Positions 33,613 through 43,244 of a stretch of DNA of 55,498 nt are shown piece by piece (the stretch's first letter is position 1; every line of letters starts with the position of its first letter). The stretch is taken from IMG/VR virus record IMGVR_UViG_3300025889_000149, positions 1 to 55,498 of that record; one strand, 5' to 3'. Below the pieces are notes generated by a model, which worked only from the letters and a program-made list of their open reading frames with translations, ran no database searches and had not been told where the DNA came from. This DNA comes from a virus. Lineage: Duplodnaviria; Caudoviricetes. Position numbers and translations under genes: made by a program.

Positions 33613-36084
33613 ATGACTGACGAGTTGTTTTTCAGCAAACTAGTTACCAAATCACTACATCCAGTTCATGGTAGCGATAGATTCTTTGAGGGCTATCTGA
33701 CCGTAGAGGTTAAGGATAAACAGGGCGAAATAACAATCGTTGATGAACTCATTAAGGTACTGCCTATTTGGATGGACAGAGGAGCACCAATTACCGATAC
33801 TCATAGTAATCGAGTAATAGGCAAAGGTATCAATTACCAACAAACCGTCTATAAGGCAGTTGATGGAGAGGAATATCCAGCAATTAAAATCATAGGAAAA
33901 ATCCACAATGACTATGAGTTGGATAATGAAATATGGAAAAGAATTACAAGTGGAGAATACAAAGGTCTATCATTTGGTGGTGCAACCAAAAGCAGTAGAA
34001 CACCATTTAGAATGAAAGACGGATCATTAGCATATCAATTAAAAGATTTAGAACATTATGAGGTCGCAGTATGTAAAGACCCTGCTGTACCATTAGCATT
34101 AATCACTGATTATAATCCAGTAGCAAAAGCACTTACTGATAATTATACAATGCACTCTGAGGGTAAAATGCTCATCAGATGTAGTAACTTTGGCTGTATG
34201 GTAGAGAAATCACATGGAGATGCATTTGATAATGGAGAAAAAGCAAGGGCAGTTATTGAAAGAGAACATGAATTAAAAGGAGAGAAACCTGATGAAGATG
34301 AAAAGAAAATACATGAAAAAGTTATAGAAGAAAAAGAAGAAGAGGGTAGAGATAAAGACGTTGGATCTGACGTAGATGAGGGTAAAGTTACCAAAGATGC
34401 AGATCATTCAACAAGATTACATGGTACTAGAGGATTAGGATCTGATCCAGAAGCACAACATAAAGAATCAGAACAAGTAACTGTGCAAGAAGAAGATAAA
34501 GAAGATAAGAATAAAGCATGTTGGGAAGATTATAGACAAGATGGTTTCAAAAAAATTGGAGATAGAACAGTTCCTAACTGTGTAAAGAAAGCAGAATATC
34601 AAGGAGAATTATTAAATAAAGAAGTTAAAGACGGAGTATTTCAAGGTAACATTTCAAATGCACAGTTTGCGGGTAACAATAAAGAAGAATCATTTCAAAA
34701 AGGAGAACGTAAAAGACAATATATGAATACAGACGATGCAGTTAAATTAATAGCTGAGCCAGCAAATGAATCGTATGTTGCAAGACGAGCAGAAGAACTT
34801 AAACAACCTAATGCAAATGCAAAAATGACAAACATCACTGTTGATCCAGAAGGAAAAATTAGACACATAGATGGTAGACATGAATTACATGCGATGCATA
34901 GAGCAGGAGTTAAAACAGTTCCAATACAAGTTCGTGAAGATAGTAGAAGAGAAGATCCTGAAAGATTATCAAATATAGATTTAAACGATCCTAATTTAAT
35001 AGGAGAAGAAAAATGGAGAAAGAAAGCAGAATATCAAGGAGAAGAAGTAGAACTAAATAAACCAATGAGAGATGATGGAGATAAGAAATTCAAAGTATAT
35101 GTAGAAGACCCATCAAGTGGAAAAGTTGTAATTGTAAGATTTGGAGATCCAAATATGGAAATTAAACGTGATGATCCTGAAAGAAGAGCATCATTTAGAG
35201 CAAGACATGATTGTGATAATGCTAAAGATATTACTACACCTCAATACTGGTCATGTAAAATGTGGGAAAAAGAATCAACAGTAACAGAGAATACCAACAA
35301 GGCTGATGATAAAAAAGAACATGTAGACCTATCAGATCATGAAAAATATCCAACATTCCAAAGTAAGGTAGATGCAATAGTGGCAAATCAAGGAATATCA
35401 GAAGAATCAGCAAAAAAGATAGTAGGTTCTAAGATGAAATCACATAAAAAAGCGATAGATTCATATAAAAATGCCACAAACTTTATAAATACACTTATTA
35501 AAGATTTAAATAACAACATGGTCGAAGAATCCGAATCTAAACATGAATCTGCTTCCCACGAGGAAGAAGAGAAAAAGGAAGACAAGGAAGAATCCAAAGA
35601 AAAGGTTGAAAAATCATTCCAAGAAGCAATTAAATCTAACTTCGAAGCAGTTACTGAAGTAATTCAGTCACTCGCAGAAACACAAAAGAGCGTTCAAGCA
35701 ACACTCAAAAGTGTAGATGATAGACTTAAAGCACTGGAGACACCAACAGACTTACCTTTAAAGCCAGCTACAACTGACTCTGAAGATATTGGTGCTGATG
35801 TCAAAGTTCCAGCAGAACCATACGTTTCTAACTCAGAACAAGCTGAATTAGATGCAGATGGTGCTGAACATGGAAAAGATCAATCAAGCTTATCTATGCA
35901 AGAAAAACACTTCACTACTGAAACACCAAGACCATCTGCTTCTGTTAATCCAATTAACAAAAGTGCAAAAGATTTCAACTTGGTATTGAAAGATGCTAGA
36001 GAATCTGGCGATCTATCAGCAGTAGCAAGGGATATTCTCGCTGGAAAATATACACCCGACTTAAAAAGTGAGGACTGGTACTAA
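33613..36084 (+). CDS. Prohead protease-scaffold polyprotein with inserted ParB-like and other domains
   Basis: GYLTVEVKDKQGE, DTHSN, GLSFGG, EVAVC..PA (HK97-type protease); IDGRHELHAM ParB-like segment; coiled-coil C-terminus; directly upstream of MCP. Confidence 0.85.
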   Translation: MTDELFFSKLVTKSLHPVHGSDRFFEGYLTVEVKDKQGEITIVDELIKVLPIWMDRGAPITDTHSNRVIGKGINYQQTVYKAVDGEEYPAIKIIGKIHNDYELDNEIWKRITSGEYKGLSFGGATKSSRTPFRMKDGSLAYQLKDLEHYEVAVCKDPAVPLALITDYNPVAKALTDNYTMHSEGKMLIRCSNFGCMVEKSHGDAFDNGEKARAVIEREHELKGEKPDEDEKKIHEKVIEEKEEEGRDKDVGSDVDEGKVTKDADHSTRLHGTRGLGSDPEAQHKESEQVTVQEEDKEDKNKACWEDYRQDGFKKIGDRTVPNCVKKAEYQGELLNKEVKDGVFQGNISNAQFAGNNKEESFQKGERKRQYMNTDDAVKLIAEPANESYVARRAEELKQPNANAKMTNITVDPEGKIRHIDGRHELHAMHRAGVKTVPIQVREDSRREDPERLSNIDLNDPNLIGEEKWRKKAEYQGEEVELNKPMRDDGDKKFKVYVEDPSSGKVVIVRFGDPNMEIKRDDPERRASFRARHDCDNAKDITTPQYWSCKMWEKESTVTENTNKADDKKEHVDLSDHEKYPTFQSKVDAIVANQGISEESAKKIVGSKMKSHKKAIDSYKNATNFINTLIKDLNNNMVEESESKHESASHEEEEKKEDKEESKEKVEKSFQEAIKSNFEAVTEVIQSLAETQKSVQATLKSVDDRLKALETPTDLPLKPATTDSEDIGADVKVPAEPYVSNSEQAELDADGAEHGKDQSSLSMQEKHFTTETPRPSASVNPINKSAKDFNLVLKDARESGDLSAVARDILAGKYTPDLKSEDWY
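34584..35043 (+). repeat. 25-bp exact direct repeat (34584-34608 and 35019-35043) flanking the ParB-like domain
   Basis: AAAGAAAGCAGAATATCAAGGAGAA twice, 435 bp (145 codons) apart. Confidence 0.9.
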
Positions 36085-37298
36085 TGGTTCAAATCAAAAC
36101 GATTGACGAATTAGAAGCCATGTATTATGGATTCAATAGAAACCTCATCCAAAAAGCTGATGCACCTATCACAACTGCCACTAGTGGTACTTTTAATGCC
36201 ATTTTTGGTGCTTATGCATGGGCTCAACTAAACCTCGAGGCAAATGCTTTTGGTATCTTACCAAAATATCCTTGGGATAAATCTGGATGGCGTGTAATTA
36301 CTGCAAGAGCACCAGCACTAGCTGATGCATCATCAGGTAATAACACTGGTCTCGGTGGTACAACCGAGGGTGGTTTAATTGCTGACACTGTTAAACCAAC
36401 TATTCAAGAACTAGATGTAAAACCAAAGACAGCTCAACTGCCTTTCAGTGCATCTGAAGTTATGGAATGGATGGCAACACACACCAAAGACGATATTTGG
36501 GGTGGACTAGGTTCACTCAGATTGTTTATGGCTGTTCAGCACAAAGAAAACATAAACAAGATGCTTCTCGCCGATGTAGAAAGTCAGGCTTCTGGAGCTT
36601 CTGCCGATTTCACTGGTTCATTAGACTTTGAATCACTTGATAGAATCGTATCAAGCGATGCAGAGGAAGATGCATTAGGTGGCACATACGACAATTATTA
36701 TGATTGTTGGGCTAAGATCGACAGAGACAGTGGTACTGATTTTGACTCAACAGTTGAATCAGCTTCAGGTACAATAGGTACTGATGGTGTCCTAACCGAC
36801 GATACTCTAAGAACTTTCTTAAGAAAGATTAGAAAATCTGCTGGTAAAGATCCAAACGTATTCTTAGGTTCACATGAGGTCTATTCTGAAATACAAGGCT
36901 TATACATGCCATCTGTAAGAATTGCAAATCCTTACGGAGAAGCACTCGTACAAGTTGATGTAAACGGAATTAGTACATTCAAAGGAACTGGTGTTGGTAT
37001 TCACGTTGACTCAATTTACGGAATTCCATTCATTCCAACCAAAGATGCACCTACTGGTGGTGGCAACGAAGTTGGAAGACTCTTCGCACTTGATACAAGT
37101 GATGCAGAGGGATATGGTTATCCAAGAATTGGTATTCAAATCGCAATTCCAACAGAGTATTACGAAGCAACTCGTAGAACTCCAGCATACCCATTCGTCA
37201 ACAATGCATTTGTTGAGAAAGGTGTGTTCAGAACTATGGGAGAAACTGTCTGTAGACACTTCAAGGCTCAGGGTAAAATTAGAGATATTAAACTCTAA
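36084..37298 (+). CDS. Major capsid protein (HK97 fold)
   Basis: 404 aa after protease/scaffold; FESLDRI, YGIPFIP, terminal QGKIRDI motifs; oligo(T) terminator. Confidence 0.85.
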   Translation: MVQIKTIDELEAMYYGFNRNLIQKADAPITTATSGTFNAIFGAYAWAQLNLEANAFGILPKYPWDKSGWRVITARAPALADASSGNNTGLGGTTEGGLIADTVKPTIQELDVKPKTAQLPFSASEVMEWMATHTKDDIWGGLGSLRLFMAVQHKENINKMLLADVESQASGASADFTGSLDFESLDRIVSSDAEEDALGGTYDNYYDCWAKIDRDSGTDFDSTVESASGTIGTDGVLTDDTLRTFLRKIRKSAGKDPNVFLGSHEVYSEIQGLYMPSVRIANPYGEALVQVDVNGISTFKGTGVGIHVDSIYGIPFIPTKDAPTGGGNEVGRLFALDTSDAEGYGYPRIGIQIAIPTEYYEATRRTPAYPFVNNAFVEKGVFRTMGETVCRHFKAQGKIRDIKL

Positions 37299-37373
37299 AA
37301 TTCCTAAATCCAAATTTTTTCTTTTTTATTTTATTTTCACAAGGTATTTATACCTGAATAGTCTATAAATATC

Positions 37374-37586
37374 ATGGGATCATGTATATGTAAAAATTAT
37401 TGTGAAAGAATTGCAATCAAAGTATTTGCAACAAATGCTTATGATGGTAATGCTTATTGTAGTAGATGCTGTGTTTGGTTGAAAACTTCTGATCTCATAT
37501 TGAAAAATAGATGTCCATGTTGCCATCAAAATGCAAGACAGAAAAAAAGATACATTAGAACAAAACAAGTCAAACGTATTGATTAA
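37374..37586 (+). CDS. Cys-rich zinc finger (paralogue family)
   Basis: CKNYC...AY...CSRCCVW...RCPCC...R. Confidence 0.65.
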   Translation: MGSCICKNYCERIAIKVFATNAYDGNAYCSRCCVWLKTSDLILKNRCPCCHQNARQKKRYIRTKQVKRID

Positions 37587-37668
37587 CATCGATGATTAAC
37601 ATACGGTTTTCTTTATATACTGTTTGTGCCTGATTAATATTTATATTCTATTAATTCAATATATACCT

Positions 37669-38232
37669 ATGGCACAAATGCCAGCTCTAATACCAAAGGA
37701 AGTAGAAATCCAGAGACTAAAGAAAATCTGGCTCATAGTGATCGCTATGGGTTCAACTGCTGTCTCAGTAGAGGTAGATAACTTTGTCGATGGTTCACTT
37801 CATCAAACATCCATTAGAGATTCTGCATTTACCCCTGCACACTGGTGGCTATATTCACACTTTGTAGCATTACCTTTAGGATGGGGTTCAGTAGCAATCT
37901 ATGATAGGAAAGTTCCTATTCTTAGAGGTGTAAACAATTCAATGAATACTGGATTGAAAATGACCATTCTTGGTTATTTGGCTACAATGTTTACTATTGG
38001 TGTAAACGAAATGTGGCACTTTTGGTTCGTTGAAGAAATATTTGCAGTACCTAATCACTGGATGTTTAACATGGGTGTTGTAGTTGCTTTCATGGGTGCA
38101 CTAGCTTATGTCGTAAGAGTATATGCTAGACTGGTTGAACTTGGATGTGAAACACCAAGTGAAAATCCATACGTTGCAGAAATGTATAAGATGGCACTAG
38201 AGGGAAAGCTGTACAGCAGATCAATCCCATAA
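37669..38232 (+). CDS. amoC: Archaeal ammonia monooxygenase subunit C (auxiliary metabolic gene)
   Basis: MAQMPALIPKEVEIQRLKKIW...VDGSLHQTSIRDSAFTPAHWWLYSH...NEMWHFWFVEEIFAVPNHW; 187 aa from ATG 37669. Confidence 0.97.
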   Translation: MAQMPALIPKEVEIQRLKKIWLIVIAMGSTAVSVEVDNFVDGSLHQTSIRDSAFTPAHWWLYSHFVALPLGWGSVAIYDRKVPILRGVNNSMNTGLKMTILGYLATMFTIGVNEMWHFWFVEEIFAVPNHWMFNMGVVVAFMGALAYVVRVYARLVELGCETPSENPYVAEMYKMALEGKLYSRSIP

Positions 38233-38288
38233 ACTTATTTTTTTAAAAAAAGATTGGTTTATATAAGAGGTTAATTATTATAGATATA

Positions 38289-39014
38289 ATGATTAGAACA
38301 ATCACAGCATTAACTGCTTTGGCATTGATAACAACAATGTCTTTTGCAAATGCAGAAACACCTGAAACTGTAACCGTAACAGAGTTTCCATTTGAAGTAA
38401 GTGTTCTTGAGGGTGGAAGTATTACTTTCACAAATAATGGTACAACTACAATGGATTTTGTAAGTTATGGTTGGTTTGATGGAAGTGTTCAACCAAATGA
38501 ATCTTTGACTATAGATTTGCCAATCACTGATTGTGGAAATGTCTGCTTCTTTGCAGAGGATTACTACATTAGAGATTTATCTACAGGTGATTACAGCATA
38601 TTACATATTATTGCAAAACCAGTAATAGTTGAAGTAATATCAGAGCCTGTAGTAATAGAAGAGTCATTACAAGTTGAAGAAACAATAGTAACTGAAGATG
38701 ATGGTATCTACAATGTTGCATTGATTAATGAAGATCCAGATATGATCACATTACAATTACAACTTGCAGAAATAACAAGTGACTTAAATTCAGCACTTGA
38801 GCAATTAGCATTAAAAAATGCAGAAATTTCATCACTTCAAACTCAAATTGAATTTATTAATTCAACATCAGTTGACACTACATACACCGAGCAGTTAGAA
38901 TCTCAAATAGTTTCAATTACAGCAGAAAAAGACAAATGGAAACAACTAGCAAATAGTTGGTACACTGTAGCTATGGAACAACTGAGAGTAATGGTACAAG
39001 TCTTAGGACTTTAA
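38289..39014 (+). CDS. Secreted protein with cupredoxin-like domain and C-terminal coiled coil
   Basis: Signal peptide; VSVLEGGSITFTN...FDGSVQPNES beta pattern; canonical type-1 Cu ligand set not evident. Confidence 0.5.
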   Translation: MIRTITALTALALITTMSFANAETPETVTVTEFPFEVSVLEGGSITFTNNGTTTMDFVSYGWFDGSVQPNESLTIDLPITDCGNVCFFAEDYYIRDLSTGDYSILHIIAKPVIVEVISEPVVIEESLQVEETIVTEDDGIYNVALINEDPDMITLQLQLAEITSDLNSALEQLALKNAEISSLQTQIEFINSTSVDTTYTEQLESQIVSITAEKDKWKQLANSWYTVAMEQLRVMVQVLGL

Positions 39015-39186
39015 CCATTTCCTATATTTTTTCCTATTTTAATACAGAAAGGATTCTGACAATAATATATTGTTCTACCTTTTGGACTTTTTACAGAATA
39101 TGCTATCATACAACAATCTTCACAAAGTTTAACATGTTTTGTATTTAGCACAATATACTTATATACTAGTCAATTATATAAAATTT

Positions 39187-39528
39187 ATGGCTATAACTTC
39201 ATCTGTAAGTGATTGGACATCAGCTAACGTTTCAAAAACTTTGAGCGTTCAGTCTGCATTGACCTCAAAATTGAGAGTCTACAAAATCAAATGCACAGCA
39301 GGGGGTAGCGATACTTATGCAACAAACGGTAATTCAGCCGATGTAAAACAAGGAAGAATTAGCACATTAGTATCTGTTATTCCAGAATATAGTAGCACTG
39401 ACTATATCGTCAAATACGATAAAGCCAATGAAAAGATCATTCTTATTGATCCTACTACTGGTGCTGAAATTGCAAATGCAACATCTATTGCAAGTGCAAC
39501 ATTTGAATTCCTAGTATTTGGCTACTAG
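39187..39528 (+). CDS. Probable minor virion/decoration protein (start 39187)
   Basis: DTYATNG...YDKANEKI...GAEIAN...FLVFGY; CTTATATA 22 nt upstream. Confidence 0.55.
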   Translation: MAITSSVSDWTSANVSKTLSVQSALTSKLRVYKIKCTAGGSDTYATNGNSADVKQGRISTLVSVIPEYSSTDYIVKYDKANEKIILIDPTTGAEIANATSIASATFEFLVFGY

Positions 39529-39587
39529 AGTCCGTAACAGCCTTATTTTTATTTAATCTTTATATATTAGGAAATAATAGTTTATTC

Positions 39588-39863
39588 ATGGTCGAATATA
39601 ATCATAATGCAATAACAGTCGGTTCAGCAGATGCCACTATTAAAGCAAGTCATGGTGTAGTAGTTGCAGTTCATGTCACATTAAAAGGATCAGCAGGAGA
39701 TAAACTCGTATTAAGAAATGGAACAAGTAATACTGATCCTATCGAATTTGAAGTACATGGAGAAGAAGTTCAAAATGTCATCGAAATAAACAGAAGATTT
39801 GAAAACGGTATTAGAGCAGATTTTACTGGTAATACAGCACGTTATATAGTGGTTTACAAGTAA
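39588..39863 (+). CDS. Small beta-rich virion protein
   Basis: Position in structural module; FENGI motif. Confidence 0.5.
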   Translation: MVEYNHNAITVGSADATIKASHGVVVAVHVTLKGSAGDKLVLRNGTSNTDPIEFEVHGEEVQNVIEINRRFENGIRADFTGNTARYIVVYK

Positions 39864-39896
39864 TAAATTTAAATACTTAGATTAACCATATAAGTT

Positions 39897-40532
39897 ATGG
39901 CAACTACTTACTGCACAGTAGCCGATGTAGCAGACTATTTAAGGACAGCAATTACTGCAACTACTAGTCCAAATAAGACTCAAGTAGAGAAAATTATTAA
40001 CAGAAAAGAGGGAGAGTTTGAAAGAAGAACTGGTCATGCTTGGAGAACAAAAACTTCCAAAGATGAAGTTTATGATTTACCTCTATCATACATATACGGA
40101 TGGGGTGTTCCAATAAATCTTAAACATAGAAACTGTTTATACTTTGATCCAGATCAAGGAGACAAAATAGAAATTTGGCAAGGTTCTAATTCTATTTGGA
40201 ATAATGTTGTTAGTAATACTGGTTCTTGGGATTTTGAGCCACATCTAGGAAAATTATACTTGAGAGGTTATTTGTTTTCTATACTAAGACAATCTAGACT
40301 TAGAGTAACATATAGATATGGTGGAGAAGATTATGGTGGAGATACAACAATTCCAGACGACATAAAAGATTGTATAATCAAAATGACATGTCTAGAATTA
40401 ATGAATACAATGTTCACTATGAATGAAGTACCTACTGGTGGTATGGTAGATATTAATTCTGTAAAGAGTGATTGGAAAGAAGATATTGAACAATGTATTA
40501 CGAATCGTAAAGAAGTATTCGTGATACCTTAA
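39897..40532 (+). CDS. Head-tail adaptor protein
   Basis: YCTVADV...I...E...RRTGH...RVTYRYG...IPDDIK. Confidence 0.75.
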   Translation: MATTYCTVADVADYLRTAITATTSPNKTQVEKIINRKEGEFERRTGHAWRTKTSKDEVYDLPLSYIYGWGVPINLKHRNCLYFDPDQGDKIEIWQGSNSIWNNVVSNTGSWDFEPHLGKLYLRGYLFSILRQSRLRVTYRYGGEDYGGDTTIPDDIKDCIIKMTCLELMNTMFTMNEVPTGGMVDINSVKSDWKEDIEQCITNRKEVFVIP

Positions 40533-41200
40533 TGGGATTTAGTTTTAAAAAATTATTTAGTGGTATAAACGCTAAAATAATGAAATCTGAAGCTGATAGA
40601 CAAGGTTTAGGTAATAATGTTGAAATAAGAACTGATGGTGATGAATTTAAAACATTTGTTAAAGGAAAAAATTTAGGTAATGAACCTAAAAGACATGGTG
40701 TAGCAAAAACAGCAAAGGGTATAATGAATTGGTTTAGAATAAGTAAACAAGAAGCACAATATGATGAACCACCTGATCAAGTAATAAAAGGTAAAATTGT
40801 TGGTAAAGAATATGAGGATCTTCCAGAATATTACGAAGATGCTATTTTTCCTGCAACAGCAAGACCTAATATACAGTCTATAATAAAATGGGTAAGAGAG
40901 ATTAAATTAAACAATATGAATAGTACAGATATATTAAAAGAACTATACGGAGAAAGTTTTGATGAGGATGATATAGTCAAAGATAATACCAATAAAATAG
41001 ACCATTTGGTTAATTCTATAGCATATAAAATATCAAGAAAGATATGGTATGTGGGTAGAAGACCCTCATCCATGACTGATAGTCAATGGAACGAAATAAC
41101 CAAACACATGAGACCACCCGAGGGTAGTTATGGTAATAATGATGTTTGGAAAAATTTTAAATATGATGAGACTTATCAATATACATCAGGTGTTATGTAA
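40532..41200 (+). CDS. Neck/tail-completion-like protein
   Basis: PNIQSIIKWV...IAYKISRKIWYVG; position between adaptor and terminator. Confidence 0.5.
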   Translation: MGFSFKKLFSGINAKIMKSEADRQGLGNNVEIRTDGDEFKTFVKGKNLGNEPKRHGVAKTAKGIMNWFRISKQEAQYDEPPDQVIKGKIVGKEYEDLPEYYEDAIFPATARPNIQSIIKWVREIKLNNMNSTDILKELYGESFDEDDIVKDNTNKIDHLVNSIAYKISRKIWYVGRRPSSMTDSQWNEITKHMRPPEGSYGNNDVWKNFKYDETYQYTSGVM

Positions 41201-41614
41201 ATGACTATAGCATATTCTATGATAAATAAGACAAAGAGTCTATTAGAGGATAACTGGCAGTTAAGCACAACACCAAATGTAGATTCAGTATGGAATAGAA
41301 GAAGCACAGGATTTATAGGTGATAAAAGCGATCAAATAATATTAACTCCTAAATTGGAAAACATAGAATATTACAGTTTATACGGTGTAGACCATTTACA
41401 TGAAATTACCATAGATTTAGACATTAGAAGTTATCAAGATATAGATAGACATTCAGATGTGGTAGCAGAGGTTTTGAGAATAATCAAGGCTAATATAAGA
41501 GGTGGTAATGATTATGTTGATTTAAGAGTATTAAGTAGTGTTTCTAGAAATGAACGTATGAGAAATATGTTTAATCATATAATTACTATAGTATACAGGG
41601 TACTCAATCCTTAA
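41201..41614 (+). CDS. Tail terminator-like protein
   Basis: 137 aa directly upstream of tail tube gene. Confidence 0.55.
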   Translation: MTIAYSMINKTKSLLEDNWQLSTTPNVDSVWNRRSTGFIGDKSDQIILTPKLENIEYYSLYGVDHLHEITIDLDIRSYQDIDRHSDVVAEVLRIIKANIRGGNDYVDLRVLSSVSRNERMRNMFNHIITIVYRVLNP

Positions 41615-41645
41615 AATTTAAATACTAATATAAGCATTTAATAAC

Positions 41646-42701
41646 ATGGCTGGTATTGTAACTGGTGCAAAAGCGTATGTAACTTGGGGTTTAGAATCAG
41701 GTTACGCACAAGGTGCTACAGTAGACAGACAATTTGGTATTAAACAAGCAGTTAGTAATTTTACTTTAACAAACAATAGAATTGACTTAAACAGATTAGG
41801 TCAGATTGAAACAGCAGATTATGCATACGGAACACAAAGTGGATCATTGGGTATTAGTTTTGTTCTAGCAGATTCTGTATCATCATCAATATCACCAGCA
41901 TCTGCAACAGAATCAGCAGATGATATTTTCTCATTGATTTTTGGTGCTGATAATGCAGGAGTATACGGTGGATTAACACAGGGAGATGCATTAGTAAATT
42001 CAAAATCAGCAACAATTAATGTAGGTGTTGATACTGTAGGTGCTGGTCTTAATACTGGCAAAAAAGTAAGAACTTGTAAAGGTTCAATTCTTAACAGTTT
42101 ATCTATTTCAAGTGCTGTAGGAGATACAGTAAATTGTACAGCAGACTTTACATTTGCAAAAGAATCATTACCAACACTAGTTTATGCAGATGCACAACCA
42201 ACATATACAACTGTTAATCCTTACACATTTGCACATGCAACATTTAAAGGTGCATTAGGAAGTGCAAGTTCTGTAGGAACAACATCATTAGAATTAATTC
42301 AAGATGCTGAAATCAATTTTGGTTTGAATAGTGAAATTTTATACCAATTAGGTGATTTCCAAGGAGTAGATTCATTCAAAAGAAACTTAGATATTACTGG
42401 TAGATTTAGATTACCTTGGTCTGATTGGGTATTGTATGAAAGAGTGTTAGCACAAATTGGACAGGGTGAAAGTGCTGGTACTGAAAAACCAAACATCAAT
42501 GATACTGATGCAACACAGACAAGTGGTACAGCAGATTTGGAATATATGTTTACTAATGGTAATAGAAGCATGAAGATTGAATTAGGTGGAGTATCTATTA
42601 CTGATATTGGAATCACTGGATTAGAACCAGTAGAGCCAATCTACCAAGAACTAACATTTAAAGCAAAAACCTGTAAAATCACAGTAGACACAACAGGATA
42701 A
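41646..42701 (+). CDS. Major tail tube protein
   Basis: WGLESGY N-terminus, GSILNSLSIS, DITGRF; precedes chaperone and tape measure genes. Confidence 0.75.
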   Translation: MAGIVTGAKAYVTWGLESGYAQGATVDRQFGIKQAVSNFTLTNNRIDLNRLGQIETADYAYGTQSGSLGISFVLADSVSSSISPASATESADDIFSLIFGADNAGVYGGLTQGDALVNSKSATINVGVDTVGAGLNTGKKVRTCKGSILNSLSISSAVGDTVNCTADFTFAKESLPTLVYADAQPTYTTVNPYTFAHATFKGALGSASSVGTTSLELIQDAEINFGLNSEILYQLGDFQGVDSFKRNLDITGRFRLPWSDWVLYERVLAQIGQGESAGTEKPNINDTDATQTSGTADLEYMFTNGNRSMKIELGGVSITDIGITGLEPVEPIYQELTFKAKTCKITVDTTG

Positions 42702-42732
42702 CATTTATTAAATCCTTTAATCAATAACTTGT

Positions 42733-43098
42733 ATGGTTATTAAATCATTTGAAATTGATTGGGAAGATGGTAAGGCTACCATTGAATATGAATCCGATTT
42801 AACTTTTGGTGACATAGAACATGTTATGAATTCATGTGTAGATATGACTAACATGAATGATATTAAAGTTAAAGTTCCACAATATAGAAGAATGATTTTT
42901 CTCAAAGCATTAAGAAAAGCACCATTCACTGTGAATGATAGTAATACTTTAAATAACTTAAAGAACTCAGTAGTAGAGCAAGTTCTTGGGGGATTAATGA
43001 ATGATTTCCCTTTAGGGAACTTTTTGGAGAACTGGGTGAAAAGTATAACAGGCGAAGTAGATCTGACGAGCATAGGGCAGACATATACTACTTCCTAG
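42733..43098 (+). CDS. Tail assembly chaperone (gpG-like)
   Basis: Between tube and tape measure; contains slippery heptamer. Confidence 0.7.
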   Translation: MVIKSFEIDWEDGKATIEYESDLTFGDIEHVMNSCVDMTNMNDIKVKVPQYRRMIFLKALRKAPFTVNDSNTLNNLKNSVVEQVLGGLMNDFPLGNFLENWVKSITGEVDLTSIGQTYTTS

Positions 43099-43226
43099 CA
43101 TCTGAGTTTGGCTGGGATAAAGAAAAAGCCGATAGACAACCTCTTTCATACATAAAACTACTAATAGAAAAGCATAACAAACGTATGGAAGAGGAAGAAA
43201 GACAAATGAGAAAACTTAAAAAGTAA
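43008..43226 (+). other. Programmed -1 frameshift site (C CCT TTA) and gpT-like extension
   Basis: -1 frame opens just after TGA 43002-43004, has no early start codon, encodes ...IYYFLASEFGW...QPLSYIKLL...KK stop 43226. Confidence 0.8.
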
Positions 43227-43244
43227 CACTAATATATAAATATC

